Source: an uncultured Muribaculaceae bacterium
GTDB lineage: Bacteria > Bacillota_I > Bacilli_A > RF39 > UBA660
Direction of reading: 5' to 3'
Assembly (NCBI GenBank): GCA_964548815.1
Contig: CAZJSD010000001.1
Span: 1-63,635 of the forward strand
Length of the DNA: 63,635 bases
Both the position numbers and the translations under genes were made by a program. Numbering within the stretch: the stretch's first letter is position 1; each line of letters opens with the position of its first letter. The notes beneath the pieces were generated by a model. That model was not told where the DNA came from. It made no database searches and saw only the letters and a list, made by a program, of their open reading frames with translations. This document shows, in pieces, positions 9,984-18,028 of the stretch.

Positions 9984-10811
9984 ATGCCTAAATGTGAAGT
10001 TATTTCTATAGCTAATCAAAAAGGTGGTGTAGGTAAGACTACAACAACATTTAGTTTAGGAGTAGCTTTAGCAAATCAAGGTAAAAAAGTATTATTGATT
10101 GATGCAGATCCACAAGGTGATTTAACAACATATATGGGATGGCATAATATAGACGATATTCCGTTAACTTTGTCAAATTTAATGGAACAGACTATTAATG
10201 ATGAAAAATGTTGCTTAAATGGTCTGATTTTGCATCATAAAGAAGGATTAGATTTAATTCCATCAAATTTAGAATTATCTTCACTTGAAGTGAGTTTAAT
10301 AAATGTAATGAGTAGGGAATATACTTTAAAAAATTCTATAAATCAAATAAAGAAGAATTATGATTATGTATTAATAGACTGTATGCCTAGTTTAGGAATG
10401 ATTACAATTAATGCATTGGCAGCTTCAGACAAAGTCATAATTCCAGTTCAATCAGAATTTTTAGCAACAAAGGGTATGGGACATTTACTTGAAACTATAT
10501 TAAAAGTAAGAAAGAATATTAACCCAAATTTAAAAGTAGGAGGGATTCTTTTAACTTTAGTAAATGAAAGAACTAAGTTAGCAAAAAATATTAGAGAAGA
10601 ATTAAAAGAAACTTATGGAATAGTATTTAATGTTTTTGATGCTCAAATTCCAAGAACAATTAAAGTTGCAGAATCATCATCTAAGGGTAAAAGTATTTTT
10701 AAGTATGATAAAAATAATAAAGTAGCCTTAGCATATAGTGATTTTGCAAAAGAGGTAATAAACAATGGAGAAAAAGAACGAAATATCAATGCCAACATTC
10801 AAGTTAGATGA
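9984..10811 (+). CDS. parA: ParA/Soj-family partition ATPase
   Basis: Deviant Walker A NQKGGVGKTTT; GAGGTGA RBS. Confidence 0.9.
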   Translation: MPKCEVISIANQKGGVGKTTTTFSLGVALANQGKKVLLIDADPQGDLTTYMGWHNIDDIPLTLSNLMEQTINDEKCCLNGLILHHKEGLDLIPSNLELSSLEVSLINVMSREYTLKNSINQIKKNYDYVLIDCMPSLGMITINALAASDKVIIPVQSEFLATKGMGHLLETILKVRKNINPNLKVGGILLTLVNERTKLAKNIREELKETYGIVFNVFDAQIPRTIKVAESSSKGKSIFKYDKNNKVALAYSDFAKEVINNGEKERNINANIQVR

Positions 10812-11700
10812 TTTTTTTACTACACAAGAGCAAAGAGATGAACTTAACGAGGAGAAAACAATAAATATAGAATTATCAAAAATAGATAATTTTAAGAACC
10901 ATCCTTTCAAAGTTCTAGAAAATCATGAACTTGAAGAACTTGTTCAAAGTATTAAAGAAAATAATTTGATTTATCCCGTAATTGTTAGAAAAAAAGATAA
11001 TAATAGATATGAAATGATTGCGGGGCATAGAAGGAAAAGAGCATTTGAAATATTAGGTATAAAAAATATTCCTGCAAAAGTATTGAATTTAACAGATGAT
11101 GAGGCAATAATTTACATGGTAGAAAGTAATCTACAAAGAGAAAAGATTCTTCCATCAGAAAAAGCATATGCTTATAAGATGAAATTTGAAGCATTAAAAC
11201 ATCAAGGTAGAACTTCAGACCCAGTGGGTCCGAAGTTAACAATAGATGAAATTAGTAATAAATCTGATGATAGTGCAACTCAAATAAAAAGATATATTAG
11301 GTTAACAAATTTAATAAAGGAATTATTAGACATGGTCGATAATTCTTTTTTAGATAAAACACCTGCTATGGCATTAAGACCAGCAGTTGAATTATCTTAT
11401 TTAACAAAAGAAGATCAAAAAATTCTTGTAGATGCTATTGATGTAAATCAAGCAACACCATCTCATGCACAAGCAATACGATTACGAAGGCTAAGTGAGG
11501 ATAAAAAATTGACTGAAGATTTTATATATAAAATAATGAGTGAAGAAAAATCTAATCAAGTTCAAAAAATAAAAATAAGTGAGGATAAAATTAGAAAAGT
11601 TCTTCCTAGAAATGTGAAAATTAATAATATAGAAGATTTTATAGTCAAAGCAATCGAATACTATGGAAAACATCTTAGAGATAGGGGGATAGATAGATAA
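10765..11700 (+). CDS. parB: ParB/Spo0J-like partition protein
   Basis: ParB box ...MIAGHRRKRAF...; overlaps the parA 3' end. Confidence 0.88.
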   Translation: MEKKNEISMPTFKLDDFFTTQEQRDELNEEKTINIELSKIDNFKNHPFKVLENHELEELVQSIKENNLIYPVIVRKKDNNRYEMIAGHRRKRAFEILGIKNIPAKVLNLTDDEAIIYMVESNLQREKILPSEKAYAYKMKFEALKHQGRTSDPVGPKLTIDEISNKSDDSATQIKRYIRLTNLIKELLDMVDNSFLDKTPAMALRPAVELSYLTKEDQKILVDAIDVNQATPSHAQAIRLRRLSEDKKLTEDFIYKIMSEEKSNQVQKIKISEDKIRKVLPRNVKINNIEDFIVKAIEYYGKHLRDRGIDR

Positions 11701-12396
11701 ATGGCAGTATTTAAAATAGAAAAAAATAAAGACTATACAGTAATGAGTAATTATCATTTAAGAGATAAGAATTTATCACTTAAAGCTAAAGGTTTACTTT
11801 CTTATATGCTTAGCTTACCAGAAGATTGGGATTATTCTTTAAACGGTCTTAGTGCAATTAATAAAGAAAATATTAAAGCAATTAGAACTATAGTTAAAGA
11901 ATTAGAAAATAATTACTATCTTAAAAGAGATAGAATTAATGGTAATAGTGGTAGATTTATATATCAATACACTATATATGAAAAACCGTATTTCGAACCA
12001 TATCCCCAAAAAGGGTATACGGTTGAAGGGCATGCCCTAAAGGATATACAAATAAATACTAATAAACAAATAGATAAAGTAGATAAAACCAATCAACCAA
12101 ATATTTTTATATTAGAATTAATCAAATTAAAATATCTTAATGGTAATGAACCATATTTAAATTATTATGAAAAACTATTTGATAATTATAAATATTTAGG
12201 ATATACAAATAAGCAAATATTTATGGCTATGCATTATTTTGCACAAAAGTTTACTAGTAATAATTTTAAAGATGAAGATGGTAATCCTATAGAGAATAAA
12301 TATGGTTATTTAAAAGAGTCTATGAGTTCTAATCTTGAAAGGATAGTAATAAATGAAAGTATATATGATGAATTAAAAAAAGAATATGAAAGATAA
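11701..12396 (+). CDS. wHTH replication-initiator-like DNA-binding protein
   Basis: N-terminus ...YTVMSNYHLRDKNLSLKAKGLLSYMLSLPEDWDYSLNGL... is the pattern common to mobile-element initiator/HTH proteins of Firmicutes. Confidence 0.65.
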   Translation: MAVFKIEKNKDYTVMSNYHLRDKNLSLKAKGLLSYMLSLPEDWDYSLNGLSAINKENIKAIRTIVKELENNYYLKRDRINGNSGRFIYQYTIYEKPYFEPYPQKGYTVEGHALKDIQINTNKQIDKVDKTNQPNIFILELIKLKYLNGNEPYLNYYEKLFDNYKYLGYTNKQIFMAMHYFAQKFTSNNFKDEDGNPIENKYGYLKESMSSNLERIVINESIYDELKKEYER

Positions 12397-12455
12397 ATCG
12401 CACATTTGTTATTCCTATTTAGTTATTATATAACATTAAAAAAGGAGACTTATGT

Positions 12456-13085
12456 ATGAAAAAAAAGGTTTTATTTTTAATTATTGTTGTTTTTATTATT
12501 TTTATATTTAGTTTTATTATTTATAAATATAATATGGGAGTTCATTCTAAAAATAATACTAAAAAAAGTAGTACATTTAGTTTAGGCTCAGTAACTTCAA
12601 ATGTTACTAAAAAAATAAAAGAAGTAAATGAAAAAGAAGATGAAAAAGAAAGTAAAAAAGATATTACTAAAAAAGAAGAAGAAATATCTTCGATAGAACA
12701 AGAAAAAGTGAATAATAATAATACTGCGGAATATAAAGAAGAAACTAATAATGATAATTATTATGAAAACAATAATCAAAATAATACTGTTTATGAAGAA
12801 CCTATTTATAAAAATCCAGAACCTTCAGTAAATGAAAGACATGTTTGGGATGATTTAGGAATAAGTGAATATGATTATTACAATTCACCAATGTCTAGTT
12901 GGCAAACTGTTGATTTTAGAGTTAGTGATTATGGTTCTATGGATACTGCTAGAGAAGCATGCACAAGTTATGGTTTAAATTATGGCCCATATATAAATGG
13001 TGAAGAGTCATTTAATTGTGATATTGTAACAAGTTATTCAGGTAATTATTTAGGTTATATGTTTTATACAATGAAAACAAACTAG
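12456..13085 (+). CDS. secreted/anchored protein with Lys/Glu/Asn-rich linker, unknown function
   Basis: N-terminal TM/signal segment, low-complexity middle, Cys-containing C-terminal domain; AAGGAGA RBS. Confidence 0.6.
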   Translation: MKKKVLFLIIVVFIIFIFSFIIYKYNMGVHSKNNTKKSSTFSLGSVTSNVTKKIKEVNEKEDEKESKKDITKKEEEISSIEQEKVNNNNTAEYKEETNNDNYYENNNQNNTVYEEPIYKNPEPSVNERHVWDDLGISEYDYYNSPMSSWQTVDFRVSDYGSMDTAREACTSYGLNYGPYINGEESFNCDIVTSYSGNYLGYMFYTMKTN

Positions 13086-13106
13086 AACTCAAAAGGAGTT
13101 CTTTTT
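13084..13106 (+). terminator. rho-independent terminator
   Basis: AGAACT-CAAAAGG-AGTTCT followed by T5. Confidence 0.55.
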
Positions 13107-13123
13107 ATATGAGAGGAGATAAG

Positions 13124-14653
13124 ATGAGAAAATTTAATATAAAAAATATATTTTTCCTACTATTAATGTTAGTAGGTTTTTTTATTGGAAATAACCATGT
13201 AAAAGCTGAGGTTTTTAATGGAGCAATAACAAAGGGGGATAGAATTGGATATTATTATAAAAATGTAAGAGGAGAACATGAACTATGGGAATATTTAACA
13301 TGGACTAAAAGAACTACTGATGGTGCTGATGTATATTGTATACAACCGTTTATGATAATAAATCCAGATGGAAGTTATCAAGTTACTACTGAGGATATTG
13401 CACAAGTTGCAAATATCTCGTTCGATAGATGGGATAGGATTACAAAAGTAGCATATTATGGATATGGATATAACGCTAATGGGTATAATCATACAGATCC
13501 AAGATGGTATGCTGCAACTCAAATGTTAATATGGAGATTAGCTGATCCTAGTGTAGATAGTTATTTTACTCCATATTTAAATGGTCCAAGAGATGATAGT
13601 ATTCTTGCTGGTGAAATGGCTGAAATAAATAATTTAGTAGATAATCATTTAACTAAACCAATATTTAATAATATTCCTTCAGAATTAAATATAGAAGAGA
13701 CAATATCACTTACTGATTCTGTAAATGTACTATCAAATTATACTATTACTGATGTTAGTGGCGGAGATGTCTCTATCAATGGTAATCAATTAAATATTAC
13801 TCCACATCAAATAGGAGATATGAATTTTAGTATAAGTAAACTTGGTAATATTTATGGTGAATCTATTGCTCTTTACTATGCTACTGATAGTCAAAATGCT
13901 ATTAGAAGAGGCAATATAGATCCTTTGAAAATACCTATGAATTTTACTGTTGTTGGAGGTAAAATAAAAATAAATAAAGTGGGTGAAGTAGCGACTCTAT
14001 CTGAAAATGGATATGAATATACTACAGAGCAATTAAGTGGAATAAAATTTGGATTATTTGATGAAAATGATAATTTGATTGAAGATAAAGTTACAAATGA
14101 AGAAGGAATTATAGAATTTAATAATATTAAACTAGGAAATTATTATATTCAAGAATTAGAAACATTAGATGGATATGTTCTAGACGATACAAAACATTAT
14201 ATAGAATTAAAAAATGATGATATTAATAATCCATTAGTTGAATATGAAACTTTAATAACAAATAAAATTCCAACAGGAAAATTAGTATTTACAAAAACAG
14301 ATTATAGTGAATCAGAGACACTACCAAATACTTTGATAGAAATTTATAATGAAAGTAATGAATTAGTATTTACTGGTAGAACAGATAGCGATGGAAAAAT
14401 AGAAATAGAAAGATTACCTATTGGCAAGTATTATATCTTAGAAAAAGATGCACCAGAAGGATATACTTTAAATGAAGAGAAAATGTGGTTTGAAATTTTA
14501 GAAAATAATGACGTTGTTAAAGCTACAATGAAAGATGAAAAAATAATTAATGTTCCTAATACTTATAAAAATAATAAGTATTTAATTGTTTCCTTCTTTA
14601 TAATATCTTTAGGATTAATAGTGATTGTATATGGTAAAAAGAAAAGAAAATAA
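13124..14653 (+). CDS. surface adhesin: thioester domain plus CnaB/SpaA-type repeats, C-terminal sorting signal
   Basis: Signal peptide MRKFNIKNIFFLLLMLVGFF...VKA. Thioester motifs VYCIQP and ATQMLIW. Repeats of type GKLVFTKTD..., LPIGKYYILEKDAPEGY. C-terminal VPNTY plus hydrophobic stretch plus KKKRK. Start chosen at the second ATG (GAGGAG RBS). Confidence 0.8.
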   Translation: MRKFNIKNIFFLLLMLVGFFIGNNHVKAEVFNGAITKGDRIGYYYKNVRGEHELWEYLTWTKRTTDGADVYCIQPFMIINPDGSYQVTTEDIAQVANISFDRWDRITKVAYYGYGYNANGYNHTDPRWYAATQMLIWRLADPSVDSYFTPYLNGPRDDSILAGEMAEINNLVDNHLTKPIFNNIPSELNIEETISLTDSVNVLSNYTITDVSGGDVSINGNQLNITPHQIGDMNFSISKLGNIYGESIALYYATDSQNAIRRGNIDPLKIPMNFTVVGGKIKINKVGEVATLSENGYEYTTEQLSGIKFGLFDENDNLIEDKVTNEEGIIEFNNIKLGNYYIQELETLDGYVLDDTKHYIELKNDDINNPLVEYETLITNKIPTGKLVFTKTDYSESETLPNTLIEIYNESNELVFTGRTDSDGKIEIERLPIGKYYILEKDAPEGYTLNEEKMWFEILENNDVVKATMKDEKIINVPNTYKNNKYLIVSFFIISLGLIVIVYGKKKRK

Positions 14654-15224
14654 ATTGTTTTTAATTATAGGATTATTATTAATTATAATGGGAATAGGAA
14701 CATTAATTTATAATTATAACGACAATATAAAAATTAAAATACAAAATAAAAAAGCAATCAAAGAATACTACAAAAAAGAAAAACAAGATGAAGAAACTAA
14801 TAATGATTTAAAACCTGATCAAAAAATAACTTATAGATATATTGCTATTTTAAAAATACCTAAAATTAATTTAGAAAATGGAATAGTGGAGAAAAATAGC
14901 ATTTATAATAATGTTCAATATGGAATAGAAATGTTAGAAGAATCAGATTATCCTGATAAAATAAATGGGGATTTTATTCTAGCTTCTCATAATGGTAATT
15001 CTCCAGTTTCACACTTTAGAAATTTATATAGGTTAGAACTTGGAGATGAGGCAATAGTTGATTATAAGAATAGTTCCTATATTTATAAATTAACTAACAT
15101 ATATGATATTCCTAAAACAGGAAAAGCAACAATAAAATCAAATAATAAAAAAAATAACTTAGTATTAATTACATGTAAGGGTAATACAGATTTTCAAACT
15201 GTATATATTTTTGAAAATAATTAA
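14631..15224 (+). CDS. sortase-family transpeptidase dedicated to the adjacent adhesin
   Basis: N-terminal TM segment, ASHNG His region and LVLITC catalytic Cys motif; overlaps the adhesin 3' end. Confidence 0.8.
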   Translation: MVKRKENKLFLIIGLLLIIMGIGTLIYNYNDNIKIKIQNKKAIKEYYKKEKQDEETNNDLKPDQKITYRYIAILKIPKINLENGIVEKNSIYNNVQYGIEMLEESDYPDKINGDFILASHNGNSPVSHFRNLYRLELGDEAIVDYKNSSYIYKLTNIYDIPKTGKATIKSNNKKNNLVLITCKGNTDFQTVYIFENN

Positions 15225-15240
15225 AAGAAAGGAGAAGCAT

Positions 15241-15570
15241 ATGCCTATAGAAAATAAAAAACCACCTATAAGAATTAGAGTTATTAAAGAAGATTTTAAT
15301 AAAGTGATTGAACTTTTAAGTATCACATCAACTTTAGATGATAAAGAAATAAAAGAAAAATCTATAAAATGTAAGGATAAGTTACTAACTTATTCTTTTA
15401 TTTTAGATGATGATTTGTTAGAACTTAGGTTTTTCCCATATGAAGCTGAATTACTTATGCAAATTTTAATGTGTCAAATTAATGGAATAGAACCTCAAGA
15501 AGACTATTTTAAAATATTACAAGAAAAAAGATTTAAATATAAAGAAAATATAGAAAAGGAGCGTGAATAA
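15241..15570 (+). CDS. hypothetical protein (109 aa)
   Basis: ATG with AAAGGAGA RBS; the ORF-track start at 15211 is an extension. Confidence 0.55.
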   Translation: MPIENKKPPIRIRVIKEDFNKVIELLSITSTLDDKEIKEKSIKCKDKLLTYSFILDDDLLELRFFPYEAELLMQILMCQINGIEPQEDYFKILQEKRFKYKENIEKERE

Positions 15571-15573
15571 TTT

Positions 15574-15918
15574 ATGTTAAATCAAATTGTATTAGTTGGG
15601 AGATTAGTTAGGGATCCAGAAATTAAAGAAAGTGAAGGAGGTCATAAATATACAAATATTACCTTAGCAGTTCCTAAAGGTTATAAAAATGAACAAGGAG
15701 AATATGAAACAAATTTTATAGATTTAAAATTATGGAAGGGTGTTGCGGAGAATACAGCAGAATATTGTAAAAAAGGCGATCTTCTTGGTGTAAAGGGTAG
15801 AGTTGACACAAGATTTTATGAAAACGATGGTGAAAAAAAATATGTTACAGAATTAGTTGCGGATAAAGTGACTTTTTTAAGTAATAAATCAAAAGAAGAA
15901 CCAGAAGCAGCAAGATAA
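15574..15918 (+). CDS. ssb: single-stranded DNA-binding protein, short SsbB-like form
   Basis: MLNQIVLVGRLVRDPE OB-fold N-terminus. Ends ...EEPEAAR without the acidic D-D-D-[IL]-P-F tip. Confidence 0.9.
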   Translation: MLNQIVLVGRLVRDPEIKESEGGHKYTNITLAVPKGYKNEQGEYETNFIDLKLWKGVAENTAEYCKKGDLLGVKGRVDTRFYENDGEKKYVTELVADKVTFLSNKSKEEPEAAR

Positions 15919-15931
15919 CACTTGCTGCTTT
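15907..15931 (+). terminator. candidate terminator after ssb
   Basis: GCAGCAAG-ATAACA-CTTGCTGC stem; only a short T-run follows. Confidence 0.45.
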
Positions 15932-15937
15932 AATATG

Positions 15938-15955
15938 TCTAGTGAAATTCTAGTA
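15938..15955 (+). promoter_or_regulatory. TCTAGTGAA-N4-YAGT motif, copy 1
   Basis: TCTAGTGAAATTCTAGTA, 38 nt upstream of the small ORF at 15993; related copies at 32617 and 41922. Confidence 0.35.
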
Positions 15956-15992
15956 ATTATATTTATAAACTATTTTTGAAAGGAGTTTTAAT

Positions 15993-16166
15993 ATGGAATT
16001 ATATAAAGTGATATTAAAAGGCGAAAAAGAAATTCAACACTTTTTTATTAATGCAGCCTCTAAAGAAGAAGCAATTAGAACTGTAGTGGAATTCTTTTTA
16101 CAAGATATAGATGTTGAAGACACTATTTTTATAGAAATTAGTGATACTGAAAAGTTATCAGTATAA
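15993..16166 (+). CDS. small hypothetical protein (57 aa), below the ORF-track cut-off
   Basis: AAAGGAG RBS 6 nt upstream of the ATG. On the ICE coding strand, which makes the antisense ORF 16034-16240 unlikely. Confidence 0.45.
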   Translation: MELYKVILKGEKEIQHFFINAASKEEAIRTVVEFFLQDIDVEDTIFIEISDTEKLSV

Positions 16167-16258
16167 AGGACTAGCAAGCATTGAATTTGTACTCCCACTA
16201 TGAGACAAATTCTGAATATGGGGTAAACCCCAATCCCCAAAAATTAAGGAGGTATAAT

Positions 16259-16375
16259 ATGGATAGATTATTTTATTTTTTATTAGGTTTTCTTTTAGGA
16301 ATGATGGTTTTATTTATATATTGTTCACTAGTAATTAGTAAAGAGGAAGAAATATTATTAGAAAAAGACAAATAA
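16259..16375 (+). CDS. small membrane peptide (38 aa)
   Basis: AAGGAGG RBS then ATG; one TM helix (LFYFLLGFLLGMMVLFIYCSLVI). Confidence 0.35.
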   Translation: MDRLFYFLLGFLLGMMVLFIYCSLVISKEEEILLEKDK

Positions 16376-16440
16376 AAAAACAATTCTGGTTAAATGATTT
16401 TGAAAATAAAAAACTAAAAGATAATACTATAAAAACAGGA

Positions 16441-16683
16441 ATGTGTGAATCTGACTATTTAAGAACTTTGATAAATGGTTATCTTCCAAAAGAAAAACCA
16501 CCAAAAGAATTTTATGATATCATAAATGAATTAAGAAGAATTGGAAATAATATAAATCAAATTGCAAAAATAGCAAACAAAACTAATTACATTAATGAAG
16601 ATATGTTGTATAATGTTATAGGTATGTTAAAAAAAATAATTAACAATTTAATATCTAGGTATTTAAAACCAGATAGAAAGTAG
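16441..16683 (+). CDS. mobC: MobC-like relaxosome accessory protein; true start probably upstream and non-ATG
   Basis: ...SDYLRTLI...LRRIGNNINQIAK... pattern. The open frame extends to 16342 and encodes RKRQIKKQFWLNDFENKKL, which looks like the missing N-terminus. Confidence 0.65.
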   Translation: MCESDYLRTLINGYLPKEKPPKEFYDIINELRRIGNNINQIAKIANKTNYINEDMLYNVIGMLKKIINNLISRYLKPDRK

Positions 16684-16695
16684 GCAAGATACAAT

Positions 16696-16887
16696 ATGAG
16701 AGATTTAGATAAATCAATATTAAAAGAATTAGATCATCAAAGATTAAGCGGAAGCGTTATTTCATCTGTTATGAACAAATTAAATACTAATAGTAAAAAA
16801 TATCAATTTTTATCCTATATGATTAGTAAAAGAAATACGATTCTTTCTATAGCTGAATTATTTAATAAAATAAAGGAAATTAATTAA
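16696..16887 (+). CDS. hypothetical protein (63 aa)
   Basis: ORF on the ICE coding strand, followed directly by a terminator. Confidence 0.45.
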   Translation: MRDLDKSILKELDHQRLSGSVISSVMNKLNTNSKKYQFLSYMISKRNTILSIAELFNKIKEIN

Positions 16888-16913
16888 AAAATACTTTAAA
16901 AGTATTTTTTTTT
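16888..16913 (+). terminator. rho-independent terminator
   Basis: AAAATACT-TTAAA-AGTATTTT plus a T-run. Confidence 0.6.
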
Positions 16914-16959
16914 ATGATATCATAGAAAGCAATTATTAATTAGAGGGAGGTTAAGCTGA

Positions 16960-17370
16960 ATGAAGGATAAAGTTGTAGAACATTTGAAATTTATACAAGA
17001 TACAATTAACAGAATGGCTAAGCATTCTTTTTCTATTAAAGAAGCCACTATTTTGATAAATGTTGCAGTATTCGCTTTTGCCGGACAAGCAAATAATAAG
17101 GCATCAATTATATCTATAATTCCTACAATTATTATGTGGGGTTTAGATTCTTATTATTTGTTACAAGAAAAAAAATTCAGATTACTTTATGATTATGTTA
17201 GAAGTAAAAATGATACTGATTTTGATATGAATTACAATAATTTAAATATTAAACTTAATAAAGTAAATAAATATACTTTTATAAATACTTTCTTTTCTGT
17301 TACAGAATTATTTTTTTACTTAGGTTTGTTAATTACAGTATCAATAATATACTTTTATCCATTTAAATAA
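16960..17370 (+). CDS. small 3-TM membrane protein, candidate effector partner of the TIR protein
   Basis: GAGGGAGG RBS. A cytosolic amphipathic N-terminus (HLKFIQDTINRMAKHSF), a TM hairpin (about aa 29-65), a ~45-aa loop and a third TM (about aa 108-132). Confidence 0.7.
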   Translation: MKDKVVEHLKFIQDTINRMAKHSFSIKEATILINVAVFAFAGQANNKASIISIIPTIIMWGLDSYYLLQEKKFRLLYDYVRSKNDTDFDMNYNNLNIKLNKVNKYTFINTFFSVTELFFYLGLLITVSIIYFYPFK

Positions 17371-17382
17371 GGAGGTATTAAA

Positions 17383-18006
17383 ATGGGAAGAAAAATATTT
17401 GTATCTTATAAATATTCTGATGAAGCAGTTTATGATATAGAAGGAAACTTTAATCAAACAGTTCGTGATTATGTTGATGTCATAGAAAGAAAAATAGATT
17501 TTTCGGATGACATTTATGTTGGTGAACATGATGGGGAAGATATGTCTGATTTTAAAGATCCAACAATTGAAACAAAATTAAAAAATAAAATCTTTAATAG
17601 CACTGTAACAATAGTTTTAATATCTAAAAAAATGAAAGATTTGTGGGAAGATGAAAATGACCAATGGATTCCATGGGAGATATCATATTCTTTATCTCAA
17701 TATACAAGAAATGGAAGAACCAGTTCAACAAATGCATTATTATGCGTAGTTTTACCGGATGAATTCAATTCTTATGATTACTATTATCTTGATGATAAGG
17801 ATGAAAAGTATTCATATGTTAATAGCGTTTCATTCGAAATAATAAAAGAAAATAGAAATAATTTAAAACATGGGCGATATGGAGATAACAACTATGCAGT
17901 TACTGTAAAATGGAAATATTTCATTGATAATATGGATTATTATATTAATAAAGCAGTTTCACATCAAAGTAATTATGATGATTATGAGATAAAAAGAACA
18001 GTTTAA
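17383..18006 (+). CDS. ThsB-like TIR-like (DUF1863-type) domain protein
   Basis: MGRKIFVSYKYSDE start, ...TVTIVLISKKM... strand, and WIPWEISYSL with a candidate catalytic Glu99. Layout parallels Thoeris ThsB (KRVFFSFHYQD ... WVRYEI). Confidence 0.75.
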   Translation: MGRKIFVSYKYSDEAVYDIEGNFNQTVRDYVDVIERKIDFSDDIYVGEHDGEDMSDFKDPTIETKLKNKIFNSTVTIVLISKKMKDLWEDENDQWIPWEISYSLSQYTRNGRTSSTNALLCVVLPDEFNSYDYYYLDDKDEKYSYVNSVSFEIIKENRNNLKHGRYGDNNYAVTVKWKYFIDNMDYYINKAVSHQSNYDDYEIKRTV

Positions 18007-18028
18007 AATTATAAATTGTTCTTTTTTT
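17993..18028 (+). terminator. candidate terminator after the TIR gene
   Basis: AAAGAACA / TGTTCTTT stem with a 16-nt loop and a T-run; overlaps the ORF-track start of the relaxase. Confidence 0.4.
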
